From NCBI GenBank assembly GCA_963713045.1, contig CAVQKE010000006.1, forward strand, positions 256,001 to 320,000: DNA of 64,000 nt, in the 5' to 3' direction. Positions 36,432 through 46,992 of the stretch are shown one piece after another (within the stretch, counting starts at the first letter, position 1; every line of letters starts with the position of its first letter). This DNA is from an uncultured delta proteobacterium (lineage in GTDB: Bacteria; Myxococcota; Myxococcia; Myxococcales; Myxococcaceae). The position numbers and the translations under genes are program-made. The notes below the pieces were generated by a model. That model worked only from the letters and a program-made list of their open reading frames with translations, did no database searches and was not told where the DNA came from.

Positions 36432-37574
36432 ATGGCTTCTCCGGGGGTACGCCCGTTGAATGTGGCCCGCTCGACACTGCGCCGTCACCTTCGCTGGCGA
36501 CTGGGTGCTTTGCTTTTGGTGGCGGCGTGCAGCAAAGGAAAGGTGGGCGAGGCGCCCGCCGACATGTACGAGCGCGAGGGCACCAAGGTGGTGGTGCCCG
36601 AAGGCTCCCCGCTGCGGAGCCGCCTGAAAGTTGAGCCCGCCACCGAGCAGGACATCCAAAGCCAGCTGCTTGCCACCGCCTCCGTGGAAAGCGACCCGGC
36701 GCGGCTGGCGAGGATTTCTCCGCCGGCGGCCGGCCGGGTCGAGAAATTGCTCGTCCACCTGGGGGACCGCGTGGAAAAGGGCCAACCTCTGCTGACTCTC
36801 AACTCCCCGGACCTCGGCCAGGCCCAGGCGGACTTCGTCAAGGCGAAAAGTGGACTGGCCCAAGCCCAGAAGACGTACGCGCGCCAGAAGGACCTGACCG
36901 AGCATGGGATTGGGGCCCAGCGTGACCTGGAACAGGCGGACACCGACCGCACCGTGGCGCAAAGCGAGTTGGAGCGGGCCAGAAAGCGCCTGGAACAGCT
37001 GGGCGTCACCATCGGCGCTCCCCCCGGGCCGCTGGTGGTGCGCTCTCCCATTTCCGGCCGGGTGGTGGACCTGGCGGTCACCGGTGGTGAATTCAAGAAC
37101 GACCCGAACGCCGTGCTGATGACGGTGGCCGACCTGTCGACGGTTTGGCTGACCGCCAGCGTCCAGGAGAAGGACGTGCGGCGGGTGAAGGTGGGGGATG
37201 AGGCCACGGCCGTCTTCTCCGCTTACCCGGACGAGCGCTTCGTCGGGAAAGTCTTTTCGGTTGCGGACCTGCTCGACCTCGACACCCGCACCGTCAAAGT
37301 GCGGGTCGCCATCAACAACCCAGACGGCCGCTTCAAGCCGGGCATGTTCGCCACCGTCCGCTTCGCCGGGACGTCCACCCCACGGGTGGTGGTGCCCACC
37401 ACGGCGCTGGTGCTGCGCGGTGACGAAAGCTTCACCTACGTGGAGGTCGCGCCCTGGGTCTTCGAGCCGAGGCGCGTGGTGACCGGGCAGCAGCAGGGCC
37501 CGGTGACCGTCATTACCGAAGGCCTGGACGCGGGCACCAACGTGGTGACGAGCGAGGTCGTGGTGCTGCAGTGA
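36432..37574 (+). CDS. RND efflux periplasmic adaptor (CzcB-like)
   Basis: Lipobox VAAC, GDRVEKGQPL, RSPISGRV, KPGMFA. Confidence 0.9.
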   Translation: MASPGVRPLNVARSTLRRHLRWRLGALLLVAACSKGKVGEAPADMYEREGTKVVVPEGSPLRSRLKVEPATEQDIQSQLLATASVESDPARLARISPPAAGRVEKLLVHLGDRVEKGQPLLTLNSPDLGQAQADFVKAKSGLAQAQKTYARQKDLTEHGIGAQRDLEQADTDRTVAQSELERARKRLEQLGVTIGAPPGPLVVRSPISGRVVDLAVTGGEFKNDPNAVLMTVADLSTVWLTASVQEKDVRRVKVGDEATAVFSAYPDERFVGKVFSVADLLDLDTRTVKVRVAINNPDGRFKPGMFATVRFAGTSTPRVVVPTTALVLRGDESFTYVEVAPWVFEPRRVVTGQQQGPVTVITEGLDAGTNVVTSEVVVLQ

Positions 37575-40500
37575 TTGACCGCTTCGTCTCCTTCTGCCTG
37601 GACCGCCGCTGGCTGATGGTGGCGCTCTTTTTGTTGCTGGCGGTCTTCGGCGTGTATTCCTGGACCGAGCTGTCGGTCGAGGCCTACCCGGACATTTCCG
37701 ACACCACCGCCCAGGTGGTGACGACTTTCCCGGGCCACGCGGCCGAGGAGGTGGAGGAGCAGGTCACCATCCCGCTGGAGCGCGAGTTGAACGGCATCCC
37801 CGGGCTGCAGGTGATGCGCAGCAAGAGCACCTTCGGTCTTTCACTCATCACCCTCGTCTTCCGAGATGGCGTGGAGGACTACTTCGCCCGGCAGCGGATT
37901 CAGGAGCGCATCAATGGCGTCAACCTCCCGACCAGCGCCAACACCGGCCTCGACCCGCTCACCTCGCCGATTGGCGAAATTTATAGGTACACGCTGGAGT
38001 CGCCGAACCGGGGACAGCGCGAGCTGCGGGAATTGCAGGAGTGGGTGGTCATCCCCACCCTGAAGCAGGTCTTCGGGGTGGCCGACGTGACCGACTTCGG
38101 CGGAGAGACGACGCAGTTCCAGCTGTTGCTCGACCCGAACAAACTCGCCCAGTACAACCTGTCGTTGAAGCAGGTGATGGACGCAGTGTCGTCCAACAAC
38201 TCCAACGCCGGGGGCAGCATGGTGCGGCGGGGGGACGAGGCCTTCGTCGTGCGCGGCATCGGCCTCATCCGTTCGCTGGATGATTTGGGCAACATCGTCA
38301 TCAACCAGAAGAACGGCACGCCGGTGCTGTTGCACAACCTCGGCGAGCTGCGGCTCGGCGCATTGGAACGCAACGGCATCCTCGGCAAGGACGACAACCC
38401 GGATGGAGTTTCGGGAATTGTGCTGCTGCTCCGCGGAGAGAACCCCTCCCGGGTGCTGGAGGGACTGCACGCCAAGGTGAAGGCCCTCAACCACGGGCTG
38501 CTTCCGCCGGACGTGAAGGTGGTGCCCTACCTCGACCGCACCGACTTGGTGAAAACCACCCTCAACACCGTGTCCCATACGCTGCTGGAGGGGATAACGC
38601 TGGTGGTGCTGGTGCTGATGCTTTTCTTGGGCAGCATCCGCGGCGCACTGATTGTTGCCATCACCATCCCGCTGTCACTGCTCATCGCCTTCATCCTGAT
38701 GCACCTCACCAACATCCCAGCCAACCTCTTATCGCTGGGCGCCATCGACTTTGGCATCATCGTCGACGGCTCCATCGTGGTGATGGAGAACATCCTGCGG
38801 CGACGAGAGGCCCACCCCACCACGCCGGTGCGGCTGGAGGAGGCGCGCACCGCGGCCACCCAGGTGGCCCGGCCGATTTTTTTTGCCACCGTCATCATCA
38901 TCACCGCCTACATCCCGCTCTTCGCCTTCCAGCGGGTGGAGAAGAAGCTCTTCTCTCCGATGGCCTACACCGTGGGCTACGCGCTGGCCGGCGCTCTCCT
39001 GGTGGCGTTGGCGCTGGTCCCCGGGCTGGCCCTGGCCGCCTACACGCGCCCGCGGAAATTTTGGAAGAACCCGGCGCTGGCCTGGGTGACACGGGCCTAC
39101 GACCGAAATCTGCGAAGCGTGCTGGGCCGTCCGGCCCTGGCCCTGGTGCCGGCGGCGGTGGCCCTCCTCATCGCCATCGTCCTCACCATCACCGTGGGGA
39201 AGGAATTTCTCCCGGAATTGGATGAAGGCTCCATCTGGCTCCAGGTGCAACTGCCGCCCGGTGTCTCGCTTCAGAAGGCCAGCGAAATGGCGGGCGAGCT
39301 TCGGCAGGCCACGCGCGAATTCAAGGAAGTGTCCTACGTCGTGACGCAGCTCGGGCGAAACGACGACGGGACCGACCCCTGGACGCCTTCGCACATTGAA
39401 GCCGCCGTCGGGCTGACGCCCTACAGCACCTGGAAGGGCGGGGAGACGAAGCGGGACCTCATCGAGAAGCTGGACAGGCGCTACGCACGCATTCCTGGAA
39501 TTGCCGTCGGCTTCAGCCAGCCGATGATTGACGGCGTCAATGACAAGATTGCCGGCGCGCACAGCGAGTTGGTGGTAAAAATTTACGGCAAGGACTTCGC
39601 CGAGACACGGCGCGTCGCCAACGAGGTGGTGGAGACGCTGGAGAAGACTCCCGGCGCGGTGGACGTGTCGATTGACCAGGAGCCGCCACTTCCGCAGCTG
39701 CAGGTGAGGGTCAACCGCGAAGCAGCGGCGCGCTTCGGCATCAACGTTTCGGACATTGCGGACCTGATTGAAGTCGGCATCGGTGGCCGCGCCGTCGGTC
39801 AGCTCTTCCTCGGCGAGCGCCGCTACGACATTGCCGTGCGCTTCATTCCCGGCGTGCGGAGTAACCCCGAGGAAATTGGAGACCTCACCCTGACCGCCCC
39901 TGGGGGAGCCCGCATTCCCTTAAGTCAGGTGGCCGACGTCTCGCTCAAGTCCGGAGAGAGCACCATCACCCGGGAAACCAACCGACGCCACCTGACGGTG
40001 AAGCTGAACCTCCGAGGGCGCGACCTCTCGTCCTTTCTGAAGGAGGCCCGGGAGAACATCGAAAGGGACGTCAAATACGACCCGGCCACCACCGAAATCA
40101 CCTGGGGCGGCCTGTTTGAGAACCAGCAGCGGGCGCAGGCCCGGCTGGCGTTCATCATGCCGGTGGTGCTGGCCCTCATCTTCCTGCTCCTCTACGGCGC
40201 CTTCGGGACGCTGCGGCATGCGGCGCTCATCCTCATCAACGTCCCGTTGGCGGTGCTGGGCGGCATGGTGGCGCTGCACCTGCGGGGGATGACTCTCAAC
40301 GTCTCGAGTGCGGTGGGCTTCATCGCCCTCTTCGGGGTGTCGGTGCAGAACGGCGTGCTGATGGTGTCCAACCTCAACCACCTGCGCGACAGCGGGATGG
40401 ACTTGATGGAGGCGGTGGCCCGCGGTGCCGAAGAGCGCTTTCGGCCGGTGCTGATGACGGCCACGGTGGCCACCTTGGGCCTCATTCCGGCGGCCCTGGC

Positions 40501-40681
40501 TCGCGGCATCGGCAGCGACGTGCAGCGTCCTTTGGCGACGGTGGTGGTGGGGGGACTGGTCTCGGCCACCCTCCTCACCCTGTTGGTGCTGCCCGTCCTG
40601 TACGAAGTGATTGAGCGCTGGGTCCAGAAGCGCCATCCGGCGGCGGTGGCCGCGCCGCAACCGGTGGAGAACGAGGCATGA
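37571..40681 (+). CDS. CusA/CzcA family heavy-metal RND transporter
   Basis: EAYPDI, NLLSLGAIDFGIIVDG, RFRPVLMTA, QRPLATVVVGGL. Confidence 0.93.
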   Translation: MIDRFVSFCLDRRWLMVALFLLLAVFGVYSWTELSVEAYPDISDTTAQVVTTFPGHAAEEVEEQVTIPLERELNGIPGLQVMRSKSTFGLSLITLVFRDGVEDYFARQRIQERINGVNLPTSANTGLDPLTSPIGEIYRYTLESPNRGQRELRELQEWVVIPTLKQVFGVADVTDFGGETTQFQLLLDPNKLAQYNLSLKQVMDAVSSNNSNAGGSMVRRGDEAFVVRGIGLIRSLDDLGNIVINQKNGTPVLLHNLGELRLGALERNGILGKDDNPDGVSGIVLLLRGENPSRVLEGLHAKVKALNHGLLPPDVKVVPYLDRTDLVKTTLNTVSHTLLEGITLVVLVLMLFLGSIRGALIVAITIPLSLLIAFILMHLTNIPANLLSLGAIDFGIIVDGSIVVMENILRRREAHPTTPVRLEEARTAATQVARPIFFATVIIITAYIPLFAFQRVEKKLFSPMAYTVGYALAGALLVALALVPGLALAAYTRPRKFWKNPALAWVTRAYDRNLRSVLGRPALALVPAAVALLIAIVLTITVGKEFLPELDEGSIWLQVQLPPGVSLQKASEMAGELRQATREFKEVSYVVTQLGRNDDGTDPWTPSHIEAAVGLTPYSTWKGGETKRDLIEKLDRRYARIPGIAVGFSQPMIDGVNDKIAGAHSELVVKIYGKDFAETRRVANEVVETLEKTPGAVDVSIDQEPPLPQLQVRVNREAAARFGINVSDIADLIEVGIGGRAVGQLFLGERRYDIAVRFIPGVRSNPEEIGDLTLTAPGGARIPLSQVADVSLKSGESTITRETNRRHLTVKLNLRGRDLSSFLKEARENIERDVKYDPATTEITWGGLFENQQRAQARLAFIMPVVLALIFLLLYGAFGTLRHAALILINVPLAVLGGMVALHLRGMTLNVSSAVGFIALFGVSVQNGVLMVSNLNHLRDSGMDLMEAVARGAEERFRPVLMTATVATLGLIPAALARGIGSDVQRPLATVVVGGLVSATLLTLLVLPVLYEVIERWVQKRHPAAVAAPQPVENEA

Positions 40682-41946
40682 GGCCAGCCCTGCTTCTTCT
40701 GGGCCTGGTGTCCGGGGCCGCGGCCAGCGCCGACGACACGACGATGAGTTTCGAGCAGTACCTCTCCAGGGTGGGCTCGGCCAACCTCGAGCTGGCCGCC
40801 CAGAAGCTGAACGTGCCCATCGCCGAGGCCCAAATCTCTCTGGCCCGCGTCTTCCCGGAGCCGGTGCTTTCAGCCGGGGTGGGCTCGGTCGACCTGAGCA
40901 ACGTCGGCTCGCCCATCAGCTACGACGTGGGCTTGTCGCAAACCATCGAGATTGGTGGCAAGCGCGGCTCCCGAGTCGAGGTGGCCAAGGCCGGGACGTC
41001 CCAGGCGATTAGCGACCTCGAAGACTTCTTCCGGACCCTGCGCAGCAACTCGACCAGCGACTACATCGACGCGCTCTACAGCCGCATGGTGCTGGAGCGC
41101 AAACGCAAGACGCAGGCTGGCTTTGCGCGCCTGGTGGCCGTCAACGCCGAACGGTTGCGGGCCGGCGACATTGGACAGGTGGCTTACTTACAGTCCCGGG
41201 TGGAGGCGCAGCGCTTCGTCAGCGAAGTGTTGGCCGCCGAAGGGACGGCGGAGAGTGCCCGCCTCGCGCTTGGGCTGAGGCTGGGCCGCTCCGCCGTCGC
41301 CATTACCCCGTCCGGCACGCTCGACATTCCCAGCCGCTCCTTCGAAGCAGACAAGCTGGTGCTTCGGGCCCAGGCGGCGCGACCGGACTTGGCGAGCAAG
41401 CGCTATGCGGTGGAAGTGGCTGAGGGCAAGGTGCACCTGGCCCACGCCAACCGCTGGGAGGATTTGACCCTCAACCTCGGCTACATCTACACCGCCAGGG
41501 GCAGTCAGGCCTTCGCCCAGCCCCCCTTCAGCGCGCTGACCTTTGGCTTTTCCATCCCCTTGCCGCTGGCCCGCATTTACAACGGCGAACTGGATGCGGC
41601 GGAGGCCGGCAAAGCCCAGGCCCTGCTGACGCTGCGCCAGGGCGAACTGGCCGTCGAAGTGGACGTCCGCCAGGCACTGGCCCGCTACACCGCCGCGGTG
41701 CAGCGGGTGGACCTCTTCACCGGCGGCGTCCTCACCGACGCCGACAAAGTGGCCGAGGCCACCTTCTACAGCTACCAGCGCGGCAGTGCGACGCTGCTGG
41801 AAGTCCTCGACGCCGAGCGGACGGTGAATGAGGTGTACTTGGACTACTTCGACGCGCTTTCGGAACATGCCAAGGCCCTGGTGGCAGTGGAGGCCTCGGC
41901 CAACCTGTGGGACGTCCACTTCGTCGACAAGCCGTCGTCACACTGA
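40678..41946 (+). CDS. TolC family outer-membrane factor (CzcC-like)
   Basis: Signal peptide, LSQTIEIGGKR, RPDL, GSATLLEVLDAER; third gene of the operon. Confidence 0.9.
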   Translation: MRPALLLLGLVSGAAASADDTTMSFEQYLSRVGSANLELAAQKLNVPIAEAQISLARVFPEPVLSAGVGSVDLSNVGSPISYDVGLSQTIEIGGKRGSRVEVAKAGTSQAISDLEDFFRTLRSNSTSDYIDALYSRMVLERKRKTQAGFARLVAVNAERLRAGDIGQVAYLQSRVEAQRFVSEVLAAEGTAESARLALGLRLGRSAVAITPSGTLDIPSRSFEADKLVLRAQAARPDLASKRYAVEVAEGKVHLAHANRWEDLTLNLGYIYTARGSQAFAQPPFSALTFGFSIPLPLARIYNGELDAAEAGKAQALLTLRQGELAVEVDVRQALARYTAAVQRVDLFTGGVLTDADKVAEATFYSYQRGSATLLEVLDAERTVNEVYLDYFDALSEHAKALVAVEASANLWDVHFVDKPSSH

Positions 41947-42026
41947 AGCGATGCTGCTTCGGCCGTGGTAGGAGAGCCTTCCAATTTGCCCCCGGGGGGC
42001 TTGGGGACATTCCTTGGGGAGAGGCC

Positions 42027-42887
42027 ATGGACTGGGAGGAAGGGCGCCGCAGCGACAACGTGGAGGACCGGCGCGGCGTCGGCCGGCCGGTGGCCATCGG
42101 CACCGGGGTGACGCTGTTGGCGCTGCTGCTGGGGTGGGTGTTCGGCGTCGACCCCTCGCAGCTGCTGGCCCTGTTAAGCCAGACGGACTCTGCCCCGGGC
42201 AGCACGTCCACCTCCACCGCCCCGGTGAAGGGCAGTCCGCAGGAGGAGCGGCAGAAGGACTTCGTCTCGGTGGTGCTGGCCAGCACCGAGGACACCTGGA
42301 CGCCACTGTTTGCGGCGCGCGGCCTCCGCTACGTCCCTCCCAAGCTGGTGCTTTTCCGCGGGGCGGTCCAATCGGCCTGCGGCCTCGCCCAAAGTGCATC
42401 CGGCCCCTTCTACTGCCCGTCCGACGACCGCGTTTTTTTGGACTTGTCCTTCTTCGATGAGTTGACACGGCGCTTTGGCGCGCCGGGGGACTTCGCCCGG
42501 GCTTACGTGGTGGCCCACGAAGTGGGGCACCACGTGCAGAAGCAGCTGGGCATTTTTTCCAAGGTGGACGCGCTGCGCCAAGGGGCGGACCGCGCCTTCG
42601 CCAACCAGCTGTCGGTGCGGCAGGAGCTGCAGGCGGACTGCTTCGCCGGAGTGTGGGCCAACCAGGCCAACCGGCGGGGGCCGCTGCTGCAGCCCGGGGA
42701 CATGGAAGCAGGACTGCGGGCTGCGGCCGCCATCGGGGACGACACCCTGCAGAAGCGCGCCCAGGGTTACGTCGTCCCCGACAGCTTCACCCACGGCACT
42801 TCGCAGCAACGGGTGGCGTGGTTTGGCCGCGGGCTGAAAGAAGGCAAGCTGGAGGCCTGCGACACCTTCGCGGCGGCCTCACCGTAA
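42027..42887 (+). CDS. Neutral zinc metallopeptidase (YpfJ-like)
   Basis: RRSDNVEDRR, GPFYCP, AHEVGHHVQ, ELQADCFAG. Confidence 0.92.
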   Translation: MDWEEGRRSDNVEDRRGVGRPVAIGTGVTLLALLLGWVFGVDPSQLLALLSQTDSAPGSTSTSTAPVKGSPQEERQKDFVSVVLASTEDTWTPLFAARGLRYVPPKLVLFRGAVQSACGLAQSASGPFYCPSDDRVFLDLSFFDELTRRFGAPGDFARAYVVAHEVGHHVQKQLGIFSKVDALRQGADRAFANQLSVRQELQADCFAGVWANQANRRGPLLQPGDMEAGLRAAAAIGDDTLQKRAQGYVVPDSFTHGTSQQRVAWFGRGLKEGKLEACDTFAAASP

Positions 42888-42920
42888 AGGGTGGGCCTCC
42901 CAGGAAGGCGGTCCCCAGCC

Positions 42921-44525
42921 ATGGCCCCTCGGCTTGCGACGATGATGGACTTCCCGCTCACCCTGGACCGGCTGGTGGAGCGCTCGGCGAAGCACTTCGC
43001 GCAGATGGAGGTGGTGTCTCGTCGCCCGGACAGAAGCGTGCACCGCACCACCTATGGCGCGGTGTGCGCGCGGGCCTGGAGGCTGGCCGAGGCATTGGCC
43101 GGCTGGGGCCTGCGCCGGGGGGACCGCGTGGCCAGCCTGATGTGGAACCACGCCGCCCACCTAGAATTGTACCTGGGGGCGCCGCTGGCCGGTGGCGTGG
43201 TGCACACCCTCAACCTGCGGCTGCATCCGGACGACTTGGCTTACATTGTCCAGCACGCCCAGGACCGCGTCCTGTTGGTGGATGAAGTGCTGCTTCCCCT
43301 CCTCGAGAAGTTTCGCGACCGCGTCAGCTTGGAGAAGGTGGTGGTGGTGCCCTCCGCGGGCGGAGGGGAATACGAAGCGCTGCTCGCCACGGCCACCGGC
43401 CGTTGGACACCGCCGGTGCTGTCCGAGGGGGACGCCGCCGGCATGTGTTACACCTCCGGCACCACCGGGCAGCCGAAGGGCGTCGTCTACAGCCACCGCA
43501 GCAACGCCCTGCACGCCTTCGCCGTCGCGCTGGTGGATGGCCTCGCGCTCAGCCACCGGGACACGCTGTTGCCGGTGGTGCCGATGTTTCACGCCAATGC
43601 CTGGGGGCTGCCGCACGCGGCCACCATGGTGGGCTGTAAGTTGGTGTTTCCCGGGCCCCACCTGGACGCGGTCAGCCTGTTGGAGTTGCTTCAGTCGGAG
43701 GCGGTCACCATCGCCGCTGGCGTGCCCACGGTGTGGATGGCCATCCTCGAAGCGCTGGAACGGGAGCCCGGGCGGTGGCAGCTGGCCCCTGGGCTGCGGA
43801 TGGTGGTGGGCGGCTCGGCCGCGCCGGAGTCGATGGTGCGCGCCTTCGACCGGCACGGGCTGCAGGTGGTGCACGCCTGGGGGATGACGGAAATGTCCCC
43901 GGTGGGTTCGGTCAGCCAGCTGGGGCCCGAGGCGCCCAGCCTTTCCGAGGATGAGCGCTACGCGCAGCGCACCCGCCAGGGCCGCCCGTTGCCTTGGGTG
44001 GAAGTTCGCGCCGTCAGCGAAGCCGGGGAAGTACCGTGGGACGGGGAAACGCCGGGCGAGCTGCACGTGCGTGGGCCCTGGGTGGCATCGGAATACTTTG
44101 AAAACGACGAGGCCGGCGACCGCTGGACAGAGGACGGCTGGTTCCGCACCGGGGACGTCGTCACCCTGGACGGCTCAGGCTCCATCAAGGTGTGCGACCG
44201 AACGAAGGACTTGATTAAGTCCGGTGGGGAGTGGATTTCCAGCGTGGAGTTGGAGAACCGGCTGATGGGGCACCCGGCGGTGAAAGAAGCCGCGGTGGTG
44301 GCCGTGCCCCACCCCAAGTGGTGCGAGCGTCCGCTGGCCGCGGTGGTCCTGCGGGAAGGGGCCAGGGCAAGCCCAGAGGAGCTGCGGGACTTCCTGGCCC
44401 CGCACTTCGCCGCCTTCTGGCTGCCGGACGCCTTCGTTTTCCTGGACGCCATTCCCCGCACCGGAGCGGGGAAATTCCTGAAGTCCGCGCTGCGCGAGCG
44501 CTACGCCGGCTGGACCTGGCAGTGA
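42921..44525 (+). CDS. Fatty acid-CoA ligase (AMP-binding)
   Basis: YTSGTTGQPKG, WGMTE, RTGD, DLIKSGGEWISS. Confidence 0.93.
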   Translation: MAPRLATMMDFPLTLDRLVERSAKHFAQMEVVSRRPDRSVHRTTYGAVCARAWRLAEALAGWGLRRGDRVASLMWNHAAHLELYLGAPLAGGVVHTLNLRLHPDDLAYIVQHAQDRVLLVDEVLLPLLEKFRDRVSLEKVVVVPSAGGGEYEALLATATGRWTPPVLSEGDAAGMCYTSGTTGQPKGVVYSHRSNALHAFAVALVDGLALSHRDTLLPVVPMFHANAWGLPHAATMVGCKLVFPGPHLDAVSLLELLQSEAVTIAAGVPTVWMAILEALEREPGRWQLAPGLRMVVGGSAAPESMVRAFDRHGLQVVHAWGMTEMSPVGSVSQLGPEAPSLSEDERYAQRTRQGRPLPWVEVRAVSEAGEVPWDGETPGELHVRGPWVASEYFENDEAGDRWTEDGWFRTGDVVTLDGSGSIKVCDRTKDLIKSGGEWISSVELENRLMGHPAVKEAAVVAVPHPKWCERPLAAVVLREGARASPEELRDFLAPHFAAFWLPDAFVFLDAIPRTGAGKFLKSALRERYAGWTWQ

Positions 44526-44531
44526 GGCTGC

Positions 44532-45995
44532 TTACTGGGGGTCAAAGGTGCCAGCGGCATTTTCGAGAGCCAGCACCCCCAGCTCGGCATTCAGCGTCTC
44601 TTGAATGAGGGTGAGTTCGGCCTCGTCGAGGGAAGAGATGGCGTCTTCTTGTTCGAGGTAGGTGGCCGCCCCGGCCTCGGTATTAATCCGAATGAGTTGG
44701 AGGTTTTCCCGGGCCAGCTGCACCTGCTCTGCAGCCTTGTCGCGGTTGGCGCGGGCCGACTCCAGTGCCAGCTGCGCCGAGTGCACTTGCTCCTTGGACT
44801 GCAAGTCCAGCGACTGAGCGCTCGCCACCGCGGCGCGCTCATTGGCCTGTGCCTCGCGTAGACTGGCCTCGCGCAAGCCACCGTCGAAGAGGGTCCAGTT
44901 GAGGCCGACGCTCCAGTACCAGGTGTTGCTGAGGCCGGTGAAGCCGGTGGCGTTGCTAATCATGTAGGAGCCGCTGAAGGCAATGGTGGGCAAGTAGCTG
45001 AGCCAAATGCTGGTGGTGTTGGCGGCGGCCGCGTCGGCCTGCGTCTTGAGGGCCTGGACGTCCGGACGCTTCATGGGGGCCGTCTCTTCCAGGTGTTCCA
45101 GCTCGCGGGGAAGCACCGGTTCGGGCGGCAAGTCCACTTCGAAGTTCGGGCTGCGCTCGAGGAGGATTGCCAGGGCCGCCTTGGAGGAGGCATAGGCGTA
45201 GTTCGAGGCGCGCAGCGACTGCTCGGCCTGCGCCTTCCCAATCTGGGCGCTGAGGAGGAAGATTTTATTGACCGAGCCAGCGTTGAACCGCACCTCGGCG
45301 TCCTTCTCCCGGTAAGTCTGAATGTCCAGCAGCTGGGCTTGGACCGCCGCCGCTCGGCGCAGCCCAGCGGCGCTGTAGTACTGCTGGGCCACGCCGAAGA
45401 GGATGTTTCTCCGGGTGTTCTCCAAGGTGAATTCCGCGGCGCGGGCGGTGAGGGTGGACGAGCGGATGGAAGCGATGAGCGAGAGGGCGAGGAGGTTTTG
45501 GCTTCCGTGGATGTTGCCCTGCCACTGGTTCTCCTCTTGCACCACAATCTTCTGGTACGTCGGCACGACGGTCAGCGCCGGGTTGGGCACCGTCCCGGGC
45601 AGGTTGGCCGGCGGCGGCGCGTAGTAATTTGTCTCCGGGACGCCCTGGCGGATGTACAGCCCGGTCGGCGCCGCGAACACCGCGCCAATGTTGTTGCGGG
45701 TGTAGCTGCCTTGAGCTGCCAGCTGGGGCAGGTAGCCGGAGGCCGTTTTCCAAACAGTTTCCTTGGCCGCCTGGTAGCGGGCAATGGCCGCCTTCAAGTC
45801 CAGGTTGCGGGTGCTCGCCTGCGCCAGGGCCTGCTCCAACGTCAACAGGGGAAGGCCCGCGTCCTTGGGCGGCACCATCGGGTCCGGCAGCCCCTTGGAG
45901 GAGAAGTCGAGCGGCGGCGGCTGAGTCTCCTTGGCAGGGGGCGGCGCTGAGGTTTGGCTCAGCACCAGCAGGACTGCGACGAGGGGAAGAGTCAT
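44532..45995 (-). CDS. TolC family protein
   Basis: LTLEQAL..A...N.DL, KRPDV, WTLFDGG, GAATYLE; GGAGG RBS. Confidence 0.88.
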   Translation of the reverse strand: MTLPLVAVLLVLSQTSAPPPAKETQPPPLDFSSKGLPDPMVPPKDAGLPLLTLEQALAQASTRNLDLKAAIARYQAAKETVWKTASGYLPQLAAQGSYTRNNIGAVFAAPTGLYIRQGVPETNYYAPPPANLPGTVPNPALTVVPTYQKIVVQEENQWQGNIHGSQNLLALSLIASIRSSTLTARAAEFTLENTRRNILFGVAQQYYSAAGLRRAAAVQAQLLDIQTYREKDAEVRFNAGSVNKIFLLSAQIGKAQAEQSLRASNYAYASSKAALAILLERSPNFEVDLPPEPVLPRELEHLEETAPMKRPDVQALKTQADAAAANTTSIWLSYLPTIAFSGSYMISNATGFTGLSNTWYWSVGLNWTLFDGGLREASLREAQANERAAVASAQSLDLQSKEQVHSAQLALESARANRDKAAEQVQLARENLQLIRINTEAGAATYLEQEDAISSLDEAELTLIQETLNAELGVLALENAAGTFDPQ

Positions 45996-46227
45996 TGTCT
46001 AGCGTCCTCCGATGGAGTCCCAGGGCTTAACCCTCGGCCCAAGGCGCGTCGTGCTTAACTGCGGGGGTCAATGTAGTCACCAGTAACTTGCAGCCCCGGC
46101 CGCCGGAACTGGGACGCGCTGGAATTTGTGCCACAAGGTGCTGCAACCTTCTGCTTTCAGGAGGAAAGGCGCCCGGCGTGGGCCGCCCTTTCCCCCCGGC
46201 AGTTGTCGCATCCCCCGGAGGAACCCC

Positions 46228-46905
46228 ATGTCCCAGCTTTTCGCGGCCGACGGCACGCCACTGCCAGGCTTCCTGGAAGACGGGCCGGGCCCCGGTGCCC
46301 CGGCCATCCTCCTCGTCCAGGAGTGGTGGGGATTGAACGAACAGATGAGAGGCGTCGCACGCCGCCTCGGGGCGGAGGGCTTTCAGGCCTTCGCGGTGGA
46401 CCTCTACCGCGGCAAACTGGCCAAGGACGCCACCGAGGCGGCTGCCTTCGCCCAGGCCCTCGACGCCAAACGCGCGCTCGAAGACTTGCATCGGGCCGTC
46501 CAGGCCCTGCTGCCGCGGTGCGCTGGCGCACTCGGCACGCTGGGCTTCTGCATGGGCGGCGCCTATGCGCTCGCCGCGGCAGCCCATAACAAGGAGGTGA
46601 AGGCGGCGGTGGCCTTTTATGGGATTCCCTCCCCCGCGCTGGCTGACGTCTCGCGCATTACGGCCAAGGTGCTGGGCCATTACGCCACCCGTGACACCCA
46701 CGTCTCCCCGGAGCGCGTCGACGCACTGGAACGGACGCTGCGCGCCGCGGGGGTCCAGGCGACGCTGTACCGCTACGTGGCGGACCATGCCTTTGCCAAC
46801 GACAAGCGCCCCGAGGTGTATGCGCCGGAGGCAGCCGAATTGGCCTGGCAGCGGACGCTCGCCTTTTTTCGCGAGGCGCTTGGCCCGTCGTCTGCCAAGG
46901 GCTGA
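46228..46905 (+). CDS. Dienelactone hydrolase family protein
   Basis: QEWWGL, GFCMGG, HAFAN. Confidence 0.92.
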   Translation: MSQLFAADGTPLPGFLEDGPGPGAPAILLVQEWWGLNEQMRGVARRLGAEGFQAFAVDLYRGKLAKDATEAAAFAQALDAKRALEDLHRAVQALLPRCAGALGTLGFCMGGAYALAAAAHNKEVKAAVAFYGIPSPALADVSRITAKVLGHYATRDTHVSPERVDALERTLRAAGVQATLYRYVADHAFANDKRPEVYAPEAAELAWQRTLAFFREALGPSSAKG

Positions 46906-46992
46906 AGCGCCTTGTCACTGCGTCGTGGGGTGAGGGAAGCAGTAGGGTGTCGCTCCGAATTCCAACGTCCCAGCGAAGCGAGGGTTCCTCCA

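Noticed and set aside
46115..46135. TGGCAC sigma-54 -24 box upstream of tolC
   Set aside because: No correctly spaced TTGC -12 element.
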